Positions 1-12,390 are shown, numbered from the stretch's first letter. The stretch is DNA of 64,000 nucleotides from Lama glama (GCA_028534125.1 CM052816.1:71674001-71738000); one strand, 5' to 3'. Numbers and translations are program-made. Notes: generated by a model from the sequence alone, not told the origin.

Positions 1-514
1 TTTATAAAGATTATCGGTTGCTATTAGCCTGTGGATCTTCAGGACTTGTAATGTAGATCCCTTATGTTACTAGATTTAGCATCTTGCCCATCTCATAATG
101 TCTCCTCATTAAAACATCCTTTGTATAATGAAATATTTACATAACAGCCTTTAGAAGTCTGAATAGGCAGCCTTTAAATGGTGACTCTAGGCTATGCTAT
201 CAAGACAGAGGTAGCACCATACCCCTCCCCCAGTATCTGCCAAGAGACACCAAATAGCTCTTGTAAAGATTTACTTCTTTGACATTCATAAGGGCTTTTT
301 AATCTTCAGAGCTTTTTGTTTAGTTTTGTTTGTTGGTTTTCAATTCAAATACCAAAGCTTTCTTTAGGTGATTTTTATTTTTCCCCTATTCCTTTACCCG
401 TTTGTACTATTATGAAAGTCTCTATAAGAAGCATGTTGACAATAAGAATAAAGGGAGAAAGGAAGGTGTGCAAGGGGAAAAGAGGATGATGGGTCTAAAA
501 ATGAATGAAACACA

Positions 515-910
515 ATGTAACACAACTCAGCAATGAAAAGGAATGGCCCATTGATACATGCTATTACATGGAGGAAGCTCAAAATAAATGTCAAGTGAAA
601 GAAGTAAGACCAACAAGTGGACACACTGTATGATTCCAGTGTATATAAAATTCTACGAAATACAAACTAATGTATGGTGATAGAAATTGGATAAGTAGGA
701 GCTTGCGGGTGGGACAGGTAGCAGGGAGAGGAGGCAGGGAGGGATTACCAAGGGGCTTTCGGAAATTTTTGGAGGTGCTATGTGTTTCGAAGGTTTATTA
801 CCTGGATTGCGGCGATAGTGTTACGAGTGTACACACATGTCAAAGCTTACCAAATTACTTTAAATATGTGCAGTTTATCATACACCAGTTACACTTCAAT
901 AAAGCTATTA
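515..910 (+). mobile_element. Old L1 (L1MD/L1ME-type) 3' UTR fragment
   Basis: Typical old-L1 3' end motifs (cactgtatgattcca...aaactaatgtatggtgatagaa...tatgtgcagtttatc...cttcaataaagct). Confidence 0.8.
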
Positions 911-1615
911 GACTGCAAGAAAGAAACTGAGCATTGTGTTGCCCTATTCTTTATTATTGTCTTTACTATACACCTTGTACGGTGAGGTGATAAAGAAAAG
1001 GGAGAATGCCCAGCATTGCACATGATGAAGTAAGATGCTTGAAGGGAGAGAAGGAACTCACCTCTACCATTGCCCTGATCAGAGTTTGTCAGCAGTTGCT
1101 CCGGCACACCAAGCTGAATTTTTTATTGCCTAATTCTATAACTGTAAGCACTTTCCCTTCCTCTTGTACTATCACTATTAGAGATCCCAAGATATGCTTT
1201 CAAGAAGGCTTCTCAAATATCCTGATTTCCCCAAAGTCAAATTAATTCTATCATTTCTAGTACTTTGTGGATAATTTTTTATGCTACATCACTTTCTACT
1301 TTGTTTAGGCAGAAGTCTTTCCATCATCATAAAAAAACTCCTAAGGGAGAATCCACATCTAGTCCATTATTATCACCTATTGGCTTTCTATAAATCTTTG
1401 GTGAATTGTCTAATAGTCTCCCAGCTAGATTGTTGGTACCCTGTTGCCTTTGGCTGAATTCCTTCAGATGTCAATGCCTGGCTCACCTGATCAAAATTCC
1501 TGGGCACTTTGGTCGTCCAGTGGATTGTAGAGTCAGCCTGATTTATGTCTGAGCTCTTCATGCCCTTTGGACACTGCCTCCGACACCTGACTGACTGCAC
1601 CCCATGGCTTTCCAG

Positions 1616-1651
1616 ATGGGCTGGCCACTTTCCTCTTTCTGTCCCTTGTGG
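1616..1651 (+). CDS. Candidate exon 0 of unidentified spliced gene (36 nt; xGLATFLFLSLV)
   Basis: ctgac branch-like motifs upstream, ggctttccag acceptor, TGG|gtgagt donor. The phase 1-1 frame joins the 5165 exon. A second frame is also open. Confidence 0.2.
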
Positions 1652-2079
1652 GTGAGTCTCCAGCACGTCCCTGACTAATTCCTTTACAAACTTATATTGC
1701 TGTGAGCTTGATCTCAGTACCTGATCTTCAAGTAATCATATTGGTTCTATCCTTAATCACTCAGAAACACAGACTTTTCTGTGAGGCAGAAAGAAGGGGA
1801 AAGAGAAATGATTTAATGTGATGGTGCTTGAATATAAGATTTATTTCTCTCTTTTGGATTTGGGGTTTACACATCACTGATTAGGGTCAGATAGTTTCTT
1901 TGCCTGTACTTTATATTTGTGGGTCTTTTCACAGGGTGGGACATGTACCTCGTGGGTGAACGAATATCTCCCTTAAAGTCAGAGAGGTATGAAGCATTTG
2001 GGGGCAGAGGAGATGGAGCAAGATCAGGAACAATAGTGTTAACTAGAAACCTTTCTTTATACTAGTTTCCCGCCCACCA

Positions 2080-2212
2080 CCATACAGTTACAAAGTATGC
2101 AGTACAATATTATTGACAATAGTTACCATGCTGTACATTATATCCCCAAGATTCATTTATGATTGGAAGTTTCTACCTCTTGACCCCCTTCACCGATTTT
2201 GCCCACCCTCCC
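2080..2212 (-). mobile_element. L1 (L1MA/L1MB-type) 3' end fragment
   Basis: atattattgacaatagttaccatgctgtacattatatcccc...ggaagtttctacctcttgacccccttcacc resembles the antisense L1MA9-like 3' UTR. Confidence 0.7.
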
Positions 2213-2289
2213 AGAAAACCTTTAAAGCAGAAAAAAAAAAAAGCATTTGAAAAGCTGTTGCCAGAAATTTTTTTTCTTTTTTCCTCTCT

Positions 2290-3447
2290 CTGTGGAAGAG
2301 ACTGCTGTTTGCTCCCAACATCCATTCCTCTCCCACCCCTCTTCTTCCTTGCTAATAGAATCCTGTTTGCTTTTTGTTTGCCTGTTGGGTATATTCCCAG
2401 TTAAATCACTCTATTTCCTAGCTTCTCTTGTAGATAGGAATGGCTAGTAAGGTTTAGGTGGAGGTCCATGTGTGGGTCTTCTGGGAAAACTATTTAAAGG
2501 ATAACAGACAACTAGCATGTATCTCTCTTACTCCTACTTTCCTCTTTTCCTTGATTGGAACTTGGGCACTATGGCTGGAGCTCTTACAGCCATCTTGTGT
2601 TCTTGGGATGACCGTGAGGAGAAATCCAGGCACAATGAGCAGATGGAAGAGTTTCCTGGATCTCTGCTTGTTTTCTGGAGACATTGTACCATCTCTGAAC
2701 TGTTGTGCTAGTTATCTATTGCTGCCTAAGAAATCACCACAAATCTATTGGCTTAAAACACCACCTATTTATTATCTCACCATTTCCTTGGGTCATGAGT
2801 CTGGGCCTGGCTTAGCTGGGTCCTTGGCTCAGGGTCTCACAAGGTCGTAATCAAGGTGTCAGGCAGACTGCATTCTCATCAGAAGACTTGACTAGGGGGA
2901 AAAATCTGTTTCCAGGCTCACTTAGGTTGTTGGTAGAATTCATTTCCTAGCAGTTGAAGGACTGAGGTTCCCATTTTCGTGCTAGTTACTGGCCAGAGAC
3001 TACACTCAACATCTAGTTCAGGACTTTGTCATCTAGCTGTCTTCATGGTTCACAACAGGTATGTTCGCTTCTTCAAGGCCAGCACAAGAATCCCTCTCTC
3101 CAGTAAGGGCCCAGTCCTTTTCTTAAGGTCTTTCACTTGACGAAGTCAGGTGATCCAGGATATCTCCCTTGTGAGTAACACAGAATCAACTGATTTGGGG
3201 CCTTAATTACATCTGCAAAGTCCTTCCACTTTGGCTACACACTGTAACCTAATCACCACAGTGACAGCCCATCGTATTTACAGGTCCTCATCAAAAGGCG
3301 TGTACAGCAGGAGGTTAAGAATATTGGAGAACATCTTATAATTCTGCTTACCACAACTGTCTTCCTATGGGCTTCCTTTATATTCAGAGCATTAAACACC
3401 TCATTTCTTTCACCATAGACAGCAACTGAATACATTTCTTAACTGTT
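2290..3447 (+). mobile_element. Old MaLR LTR (MLT1J-like), split in two (2290-2703, 3356-3447) by a younger MLT1
   Basis: MLT1J-like motifs (ttcctagcttctcttgtagatagg, atggctggagctcttacagccatcttg). The sequence resumes after the nested LTR. Confidence 0.6.
2704..3355 (-). mobile_element. MaLR solo LTR (MLT1E/F-like) with 5-bp TSD
   Basis: Starts tgtgctagttatctattgctgc and ends attctgcttaccaca. Flanked by ACTGT at 2699-2703 and 3356-3360. Confidence 0.85.
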
Positions 3448-3789
3448 GCAATCTCTAGGAATGTAAAGGAAAATGTATAAAGAAATAATTGAGTAAAAAA
3501 AAGTAGTTTCAAGATGAATACAAAACACGTTTGTGAATTTAAAAAAGAGCAAGAGAGTCAAAAGTGAAAGTCCTCTTCAGACTCCCCAGTACCTCTTCGT
3601 TTCCTGAGAGATGATACTGTTCGCCACAGTCCTCTTTTTGTGCATTTGCAGACACTTCCAACTGCCTGTATTACATATACAATAAAACATGTAGTTACAT
3701 ATTTATACATATATACACATTTACATTTATTAAAAATTTAGTCATATGATATATACTATGGTTGTAGAATTTTTATGTGTGTTAATGCA

Positions 3790-4545
3790 CACTGTCCACC
3801 AGGAAGTCACTCGTAGTTGAACAGGTTGGGTTTGTTTTTCATTGCAGCAAGAGTCTGCACACCATAGAGAACTGGGGGGTATCTTGGTAAAAGGGTATTA
3901 GAACTGAGCATTTGTGCTTTGGGTAACTTGGGGGAGGGTTCAAGGAAATGCAGGTTTGCTCACTGTGGATTTGATGCGTCAGAAAGTGTGAGTAACTTTG
4001 TGATTGGATATCTTTTCTAGAAGGAGGGAAGACTAGAAGGAAAATAAAGCTGTAATTACTAAAGAAGCAGCGATCTCTTAAATTCACTAGGAGATGTTTG
4101 ATATATCTGTGGTTTGTACAGTGACTCAGCTTTTTGTCTTGTGCTTAGGCAAGATTATAAAGTGGCCTTGTTCTTTTTTTTTTTTAAATTTTGTTTTTAT
4201 TTGCATTTTGCTGGTGATGATCTTTTGAGGCAGAGATCTCAATTTTGTTTTTTCACTTTTTTTTTTTTTCAAATAGAAGTCATGAGGATTGAACCCAGGA
4301 CCTTGTGCATGGTTAAGCATGTGTACTACCACTGAACTATATCCACCCCCAAAAGTGGCCTTGTTCTTTACAATTACAGAGAAACCTTGCCCTATGTTGT
4401 TCTCTGTGAGATTCTTTCAGTGGTTCAGACAGGAGCACAAGAGCCTTAGCTATGAGAGCCAGGCCAGCTCCAAGCAGTGCTGAGCCCAGCTGTAAGGGCC
4501 AGACCAAGTTCCCAGATGTCAGGAGTTGCTTTTCTCATTTTCTCA
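3790..4545 (-). mobile_element. ERV1-class solo LTR (MER90-like), interrupted by a SINE
   Basis: Resembles recalled MER90-type LTR (aacaggttgggttt..., gccaggccagctcc..., cccagatgtcagg...ttttctca terminus). Confidence 0.6.
4177..4350 (-). mobile_element. Vic-1-type tRNA-Ala-derived SINE with extended 3' tail
   Basis: Antisense tRNA-like head with B box (gggttcaatcc) and an A-rich tail. TSD aaagtggccttgttcttt at 4159-4176 and 4352-4369. Confidence 0.9.
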
Positions 4546-5164
4546 GAGAAACTCTTTAGTGAGAGAAAAAGAAAATTGCAAATGAGATGATATATTGCAT
4601 TGAATTGGGGGACGGAATGGTTATAAACTATCCATCACATACATAATTATATATGTAGGCTCATAATGTAATTGATAATGCTAGACTTTGAGACATTTCA
4701 ATGTTATTTGAAATACATTTTGTTGAAATACACTTTGTTGGTGGGAAACACCCCCCACACACATGCAAACATGTGTGTTTATACATGTTTTATATATGTC
4801 TCATACATATATTTCTAAGGGAAAGCATTATTCTAACGATATCTATAGACAGGTTTATAAGATATAAATTATATATACTTTGTTAGGAGAAAGCCTTAGC
4901 GATCACAGCCTGAATCAGTATGTTAGTTAGAACTTGTAGGATTTATCTCGATTGGTCTTTGTTTCAAGATTGTATAAAATAAACAACCAGCTGCTGCTGC
5001 TAATATCAACAAAATTTTCTAAAAATATGCTGAGTATGTTGTATCTTTCTAAATATTTATCTTTTTTAATAATCTCAATAAGCTATACTTTGGGAAACTT
5101 TTTGGGTGGGCAAATAAATACTTCCAACGGAAACAAAATGAAGACCAGTTCATTTCTCCTCTAG

Positions 5165-5238
5165 CATTTACAGAGAGTCCCTTCTGTCCTTGGTCCAAAA
5201 CAGATCTGGTCTCTAATGATTTTCTCTCTAAAGTTGGA
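5165..5238 (+). CDS. Candidate exon A (74 nt; xFTESPFCPWSKTDLVSNDFLSKVG)
   Basis: ttcatttctcctctag acceptor and GGA|gtaagt donor. This frame exits in phase 0. A second frame is also open. Confidence 0.35.
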
Positions 5239-5617
5239 GTAAGTAGGATTCTACCCGAGCAACCAGCCTGGATCCTTACCTTTCTATTAGAGAAAGAGAC
5301 CCCTTGCAAGTTCATTCTGAAGTTCCCGACTGGAGTCACGTGCAAGTCTCACATTTCTAGTCTTTCAAGTAAGTGTCATGAGCCTTGTCTACAAAGTAAT
5401 TACAGAGTTATCTGAAAGGGACTGTGGGTTGCTTGTCTAAAGTAGTTAGGATGACTTGTAATTTCTTGGTGGGGAAAGTCAGAAAATGAAAGTTATCTCT
5501 GAGTGTTTGGATTGAATTTCATTATTCAAAGGATGAAATCTTCCACAAATCTTTCTATTTGAAGTTGTTGAAAAAGGTTTCATATAAGCACACTACTACA
5601 CCTTCTTTCCTGCCCAG

Positions 5618-5660
5618 AACTGGAAAGGTGCCACAGAACACGTGTCTTTGCTTGAGCTGA
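5618..5660 (+). CDS. Candidate exon A2 (43 nt; NWKGATEHVSLLEL)
   Basis: ccttctttcctgcccag acceptor and TGA|gtaagt donor. The only stop-free frame enters phase 0 and exits phase 1. Confidence 0.4.
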
Positions 5661-7264
5661 GTAAGTAATTACCATCTATCAGCTTAGCAGCCAAAAGGGC
5701 GCCAAATTCATTATTCAGTTTCCCAGTATTTCTTCTGCCAGGTGTTCTATCTACTTGCCTTCCACAGTCTGTGAACTGAAATACTGCTTCGTCTCCATTA
5801 TCCAGGTTACCTGGTGAATCAAAGGAAAAGGGAATACACTTTGTAGCACCTTGAGGAGGCAGAATGATGAAGCAAGTTGATTTTTAGGACACCTTTCACT
5901 CCTTATGCCATTTGCCTGAGGAGCCATCCTGCCAAACTCTGAACTCTGTAGGGGTCGTTTGGATGCCCATGCTGGTCCTGGTTGAGCTCAGGTGCCCAAC
6001 ATTGTGATCTGGATTATCATGTAGTAGGTTCCATTTGCTCAGCCCCACCTCATCCCTTCTAGATTTGTTCCCTACTCCTGTGTGGCCAGTCAGGGACGCT
6101 CATTGCTCTCAACTGATGCCCCTGGTGGGTTGAGGCAGCCCCCTATCAGCTGAAGTTTGGTTGGTTTTCAAGCACCAACCCAGAAGAAGCATCTTGATGG
6201 TATGTGCTTAAGATTTCATAAAGGCATGTGTGCATAAAAGTCTATTCACAGAGAAGGTGAAGTGTTAAGTCTTAGTTGCAAGAGATACATAAGATACATA
6301 AGACTTTAATTTTTCTTTCCTACCATTAAAGACTATAGTTTAATATCACAAGGTTGACAAGAACAAAATGAGATAATGGATGCAAAAATAACTTGTAAAT
6401 ATAAAGTGATTTGGTTCTATAGGCATTGTAGTTAAGGCAGTTTAACCGTATCATTATTATTATGATGACAGTTATCATTACTGGTGGTATATAGCAGTAC
6501 CATTAAGAAGGATATTGTAGATAGGTTCCTGTGCGGGTGGCAAAAGACGTAAGAATGGGAAATATACTAAGGATTTAATTGCTAGTTAATAGTTTGCTGA
6601 TGATTGTAATTTTTTCTAGCTATGTAGAAATATATAGCTTTATTATTTTCTTAGAGATGCCAGAGAAATATGTATATATATATACAACATAATATGAGCA
6701 CATATTTATTACTGTTATAGATAGATTTTATAAGCACTCTCTATGATGTCATGTGAAATCTATCACACTACTTTAATGTAGACTTCACAGATAATACAGT
6801 ACACATCAAATTAAAGACGCTCTAATGCCTCATACCAAAGACAGTTCAATTACCATATGTATTAATTAGAGTCGCATCTTTAGTTTTCTTGTAAAGACAA
6901 ATTATTTATTATAATATTATGTAAAAATGTTAAATTGATCTTCAAAATGAAAGCATTCATACATACTTGTACGCTGCAGCATATTATATTTTACTAACAA
7001 GTAGCAGTAGGTCAAATGAAGGCAGCTTAGGGTAGTTCAAACAAGTGGTAGGTGCTGACAATGTAAGTATGAATCTTTTCCGCTCTTAGTATGCCTGTAG
7101 AGATAGGAACCTACTTTATAGCTAAATGCCAAGTGCTAAAATTAGAATCTTAATGTGCATATTTAATTAGTTTTGTATTTTCACAATCCTTTGATTTGAG
7201 GCCTTTTTTTTAAAAAAAAAGTATTCCCTAGAGAGTGAAGCCTGTTTTCATATCTTTGTTCCAG

Positions 7265-7300
7265 TGAGACTGTGGAACTGGCACCATTGTGTCTCTATAC
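7265..7300 (+). CDS. Candidate exon B (36 nt; MRLWNWHHCVSI)
   Basis: ttttcatatctttgttccag acceptor and TAC|gtaaga donor. The phase 1-1 frame is open. Confidence 0.35.
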
Positions 7301-8213
7301 GTAAGACTCGCGGTGGCTTTTCCGGGAGCAGGGTCTATTGAGTCATCCACAGCCCTCTGTTCTCCTTTGTCACATGCATCCATGAATAAGGTGGAAAGAA
7401 GGTGAAGGGTTAAGAGTCGAGGTAGAATCTGTAGCAAAATGATAACTGAAAACAATTTTAACTGATGTGAGAAATCTCAAGCCTAGTTGGTGGGGAAATT
7501 TGGCTTTATCTCCCAGAATCTTTCACCATCTGCCTGTACACACAGCATAAACTAATCTTGTAGGGCTTCATATTTTCCAAATGGAGAGAGGATTTCATGA
7601 TTTGTATGAAATACAGTTATTTAACCAATCTGGGGGGACTGGTAGGGGGTTCTTTAAATTATGCTCTCTTATTTTTCTATCTAACTTGTCTAATTCGATA
7701 AAGTATAAATGTTTATAATTTAAGCATATATAGAGGAAAGTTTCTTCTGTTGGCAACTTTTACCCAGCTCTTACTTAGGCATAATTAAACCAATATATAT
7801 GTGTGTGTGTGTTATATATACATATATATACCTATATATATATATAAAATACGTATATATGTAAAATAAAAAGGCTAGATGTAAAGTGACAAATGCATTT
7901 TAGATATCAGTCATTTTGGATACTTATTTCCCTTATTATAGCAAATCTCCAGAAGATTGACTAAATATTTTTGATCAACCCAGATAATTGACATTCCATT
8001 GATAGTTTCTAAAAGCAACCATGATAATAGTTTTGATATATAACCAAAATAAATGTGCTCCTGATGGGCGCATACATTTTTAAAATTAAATTCTATTTAC
8101 CACTTATTTATTTCCATAATGACCTGTTATATTTGCTTGACCTTCTGTATTGCGGTGAATTGGATTACTTCATGAAAAACATCTCTCTTCTTCTCTCTGT
8201 CTATGCTAATTAG

Positions 8214-8256
8214 TTGAAAAGTGCCTAAAACGCTTGAAAGTATTTACTCTCTGTAG
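8214..8256 (+). CDS. Candidate exon C (43 nt; LEKCLKRLKVFTLC)
   Basis: Pyrimidine tract ending ctaattag, TAG|gtatgt donor. The only open frame enters phase 1 and exits phase 2. Confidence 0.35.
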
Positions 8257-8479
8257 GTATGTTTTATAACATTTTTTGTAGATGTTATTTTTTGTATGTA
8301 AATGTGCATAGCCATCATAAATGTGGGGTTTTATTTTTTTTTAGTGAGAGACGATTCAGTTTTTCTAAAGTGAGGATAGACATGTTGTAACTCAATTAAA
8401 AAGATGAACAAATTAAAACTTCAGCTACTGATAGGGTATTACACTATCTTAAACCTTCTTATGCCTGGTATTCTTTCAG

Positions 8480-8553
8480 AGCATCTCAAGGGAAGTTTAA
8501 GGCTCAACTAAAAAGATGTATTGAATCAGACAATTTACTGGCAGCAAAAAGAG
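8480..8553 (+). CDS. Candidate exon D, runs into the gap (RASQGKFKAQLKRCIESDNLLAAKR)
   Basis: tattctttcag acceptor. The only open frame enters phase 2, matching exon C. The donor is not visible because of the gap. Confidence 0.35.
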
Positions 8554-9053
8554 NNNNNNNNNNNNNNNNNNNNNNNNNNNNNNNNNNNNNNNNNNNNNNN
8601 NNNNNNNNNNNNNNNNNNNNNNNNNNNNNNNNNNNNNNNNNNNNNNNNNNNNNNNNNNNNNNNNNNNNNNNNNNNNNNNNNNNNNNNNNNNNNNNNNNNN
8701 NNNNNNNNNNNNNNNNNNNNNNNNNNNNNNNNNNNNNNNNNNNNNNNNNNNNNNNNNNNNNNNNNNNNNNNNNNNNNNNNNNNNNNNNNNNNNNNNNNNN
8801 NNNNNNNNNNNNNNNNNNNNNNNNNNNNNNNNNNNNNNNNNNNNNNNNNNNNNNNNNNNNNNNNNNNNNNNNNNNNNNNNNNNNNNNNNNNNNNNNNNNN
8901 NNNNNNNNNNNNNNNNNNNNNNNNNNNNNNNNNNNNNNNNNNNNNNNNNNNNNNNNNNNNNNNNNNNNNNNNNNNNNNNNNNNNNNNNNNNNNNNNNNNN
9001 NNNNNNNNNNNNNNNNNNNNNNNNNNNNNNNNNNNNNNNNNNNNNNNNNNNNN
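8554..9053. other. Assembly gap (500 N)
   Basis: Run of exactly 500 N, probably a placeholder size. Confidence 1.
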
Positions 9054-9121
9054 GTTGTTTGTAACATCTTTTCTGTCATGGTCAGATGTTGTTTGTAACA
9101 TCTTTTCTGTCATGGTCAGAT
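9054..9121. repeat. Perfect 2 x 34-nt tandem duplication at the gap edge
   Basis: gttgtttgtaacatcttttctgtcatggtcagat at 9054-9087 and 9088-9121. Confidence 0.95.
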
Positions 9122-10364
9122 TTCACAGTGAGTATGGGTTCTATTCACTAACATTAGAAGCGTATCAAGTTTTCTCTCAGAGGAGGGAACTCTTACCCCT
9201 GCAACCTACAATACACCTCCTTTTCCGACTTCTTTTCACCACTTCCTAAGTCATGCTGGCGTCTGTTTCCTTGACAGCGAGGTCCGTTTAAGCACTGGAA
9301 TGATTCTGAGTGCATGTCAGACGTATCCATAAAATGAGTTGTAGTTGTTCAGAGGAAATGTATCAGAGCAACCTTGTCTTCTTCACGAGCAAAGATGCTA
9401 ATGAAGGAGCTTCGTGTTGCTAGTGATTTCCGTGGAGCTAAGGGGATAGGTACACGTGTTAACCCAGCACTGGCCTATCACATTTTTGCGTTTGCTTACA
9501 ACTACTGTTCACTTTTTTTCCCAGTTATTCTTAAGTCACACATACTGACCAACTAGTTAACTTAAAGGAAACAAACACTTTATCTGTTCCTTTTGCACTG
9601 ATGGGTACAGTTAAGGGAGGGACAGCATGATGGTGTCTGGCTGTCTTTACACCTAGGATGTGTAGTTCAAACTGTGTTATGATAGGGTAATAATTATTCT
9701 GGGATCTGACAGCAGAAGTCTGCATTAGTACTTGTTCCTGCAAGCCTGAATGACAACGTCTACATTGATAAACCTGTGATGTAACAAGATCTTAAAATGA
9801 CTTTAAATTGTAAAGAAAAAACACCTGTTAGATTATTTTTGGCCACCTAGATTGCAAATGTATATTGATGTGTTGAATTATTTGAAAACTAATCATTCAA
9901 ACACAGTACATATGGAATCTCCATTAAGGAGAATATGATTAATCAACACATTCCTTTTCTTGATCATGATGGATAATAGAGAGTTTACTGTACTTGAGTA
10001 ATGATCCTCCTGAAACTAAAACCTGGGATATTTTGGTTGAACAAGAATTTATAGATATGATGTAATCTTTGGCTGTGATTATGGGATATGGACATTAAGG
10101 ATTTATAACTTTAGTTCTCTTCAGTATTAAGATATGTTCCCAACACTTAAGAATGTTTTGAAATGTATATATCTACGTTCCTATTGGGTAAAAATAAGAG
10201 TAACTCCAGAGAACTTATACCTTTCCATCAATTGAACACATTGATGATATAACTGGAGAAACATAATATAATGGGTATTTCTTTCACAGAGAATAACGGT
10301 TGTATCTGTTTTAGCCATTAACCAAAGCTTGTATCATTCAAGGAAGTACCTAATTCATTTACTG

Positions 10365-10789
10365 GTGGTAGAGATCAGATAGAGTCCCCTGGGAAGTAGA
10401 CTTTGAAATGGAAGATTAGTATGTAGGAAGTCGATTAGGGTGTTCTCTGGAAAAGGGAGGAGACAGGATTGAGGAGAAGTAAAATTTGGGCTGTGACGCA
10501 AATGCAACAAAGTCCTTAGCCAACCTCATGGTGGAAGCTGGGATGGTCGTTCAAGGTTGTCCCAGGTTAAGGTGAGGGGGCCTATATGGTATAACCCCAT
10601 ATTTCCTAGTCATTGGATGTGGGCAGCTCTGAGGGGCAAGACAGTTGTCTTGATCTCTTTAGCTTGTGGTCATTCTGCAAGGGGCTGAGAGCAGATCTGA
10701 AGGACTTCAACAAACTTCCCAGCAGTTGGAGAATCATTTCTTCAGTCCTGAAGGGAGGATTTGAATAGGGCAGCGCAGCATCCCTCACA
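10365..10789 (-). mobile_element. ERVL LTR16-family LTR (3' LTR of a provirus relic)
   Basis: LTR16-like motifs. On the minus strand it begins TGTG directly after a purine-rich PPT-like aggggttggac. Confidence 0.75.
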
Positions 10790-12150
10790 GTCCAACCCCT
10801 GCGCTACTTGCCCCTACTTGCTTTAGAGAAGGTTGAGAGCAACTCCTTCAGAGCACTGGTGGGCCTCTTTTCCTTGGCAAAATGTATAAGAGAGAGTTTA
10901 GTGACTGATCCACAGCTTCTGGTGCTGCAGCTTGTCTAAAGGCTGCAGCTGGTGCTCAGCACCTCCTTGCCTATGTCTCTTCTAGATCTCCTTCTTCCTC
11001 AGCAACTCTGCTGGTCTCGATGGCTCTCCAGTGGGGTGGCAAGACTCTTATCTGAGGGGTCCAAGGTCCTGTTACCATGCTCTTTTGAGGCTGCCGCTCC
11101 TGTCTCATGCACATCCCAGTGGACAACCTGGATGCCAGATCTATCCATTCTTTCCTTTCCCCCTTGTGTAACAGCAGCCCTGCCTCCTCTTCTGATCTGG
11201 GTTAATCATTCCTGCCAGGACGGCAGTTTCTCATCTTGTGTGCCAGTGCCTCGGCACAAGTTGCTCCAAGGACTCAGGCAACAGCTGCAGCTTAGCATTC
11301 AGTGAGACTCTTTCTGTTTTCCTTGGTGACAGAGTTGCAGAGTTGGGAAGCACAGATTATTCAAGTGGGCTGCTGAGAATGATGGTAAGCAGGGCCACTC
11401 CTGCTTCTACCATTTGGTTCCCAGACCCAAATACCCTATCTACTGGGCTCATTGCATTTTATGACAGTCATGGATTCAGTGTGTATATTGTGTCCAGGAG
11501 GCTGGACAAACACCCATCATCCTTGCAGGGTATTATCTTCCAGCTGGCACCTCAGCTGTGCTTTTAATAGGCCATTACATGCTCTGTGAGGCCATCAGCT
11601 ACTGGGTGCGTGGTATGACAGGACCAGTGGACTTCGTGGTCGTGTGCTCACTGTCACATCACCATAGGTCTGATGCAAAGTTATAAGGGATGATGTGTCA
11701 GTGTGTATAAGACATTCCCTAAGCCCTTGAATGGTGGTGCTAGTTAAAACTCTGTTGACAATAAAGTCGCGCTCACACTTGGAATACATACTAGTACCAG
11801 CAAAGGGTGTCACTGTCCCTTCCCATAGGAGAAGGAATGAAATGAAATAAACTTGCCATCAAATGGCCAATTGGTTTCCTCAAGGGGCTGTGCCATATTA
11901 CATGCTCAGTGTTGGTCTCTGTTGCTAACAGGTTGGAATTCTGCTGCAGCAGTAGCTGTATGAGTCTTGGTGAGTGAGGATCCATGTTGTTTGGCCCATG
12001 CTTAGCCACTGTCCCTGCCACTATGGCTGCTCCATTCTTGTGTCCATTATATCAGCACTGATGGTTAGTGACAGATTGGGATTGATGTCAGCTGGCTGAA
12101 TTGTTCTATCTGGTTGTTAAATGTTTTTACCATGGTGGGTGTTCTCATAA
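10790..12150 (-). mobile_element. ERVL internal region (ERV3-16A3-like) with decayed integrase
   Basis: Minus-strand translations give ERVL integrase-like peptides SGRDSG*AWAKQHG..LTK, TSTTIQGLRECLIH and LSYHAP. Many stops and frameshifts. Confidence 0.85.
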
Positions 12151-12159
12151 TCAACACTT

Positions 12160-12390
12160 TGGGGAGAAGGGAATGAAGCAGGATTGGGCTGAATAAGAAG
12201 CTGGCCTATGATATAGTCCCAAGAAGAATTCAGGTGACCCTGTGAGGGGCCTGAAGCTTTAATGGCCCTTCACGGTTGCCCAGAGTTGGGGAAAGAGTAT
12301 TTGGCCTTTATAACACTGTATCAACCAGGGCTGTGGGCTGCTCTGGGACATGGAGTGGGGGGAGGTATAATCTTGGGCAAGGTGACCTTT
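12160..12390 (-). mobile_element. Second LTR16-family fragment, same orientation
   Basis: gaagcaggattgggc...ggcccttcacggttgcccagagttgggg...ggcctttataac parallels 10460-10600. Confidence 0.65.

Noticed and set aside
2458..2850. 130-aa ORF (likewise 10952-11567 and 17916-18272)
   Set aside because: All or most of each ORF lies within LTR/ERVL relics.
7228..7455. Minus-strand 75-aa ORF with an acceptor-like site
   Set aside because: No partner exons found on the minus strand; it overlaps the better-supported + strand exon B.
7265..8553. Loose resemblance of the spliced peptide to WD40 or ankyrin-repeat ends (RLWNW..CVSIL)
   Set aside because: Only a few residues match with wrong spacing; not enough to name a gene or family.
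8504..9249. The longest ORFs in the track (191-242 aa)
   Set aside because: Artefacts of translating through the 500-N gap.
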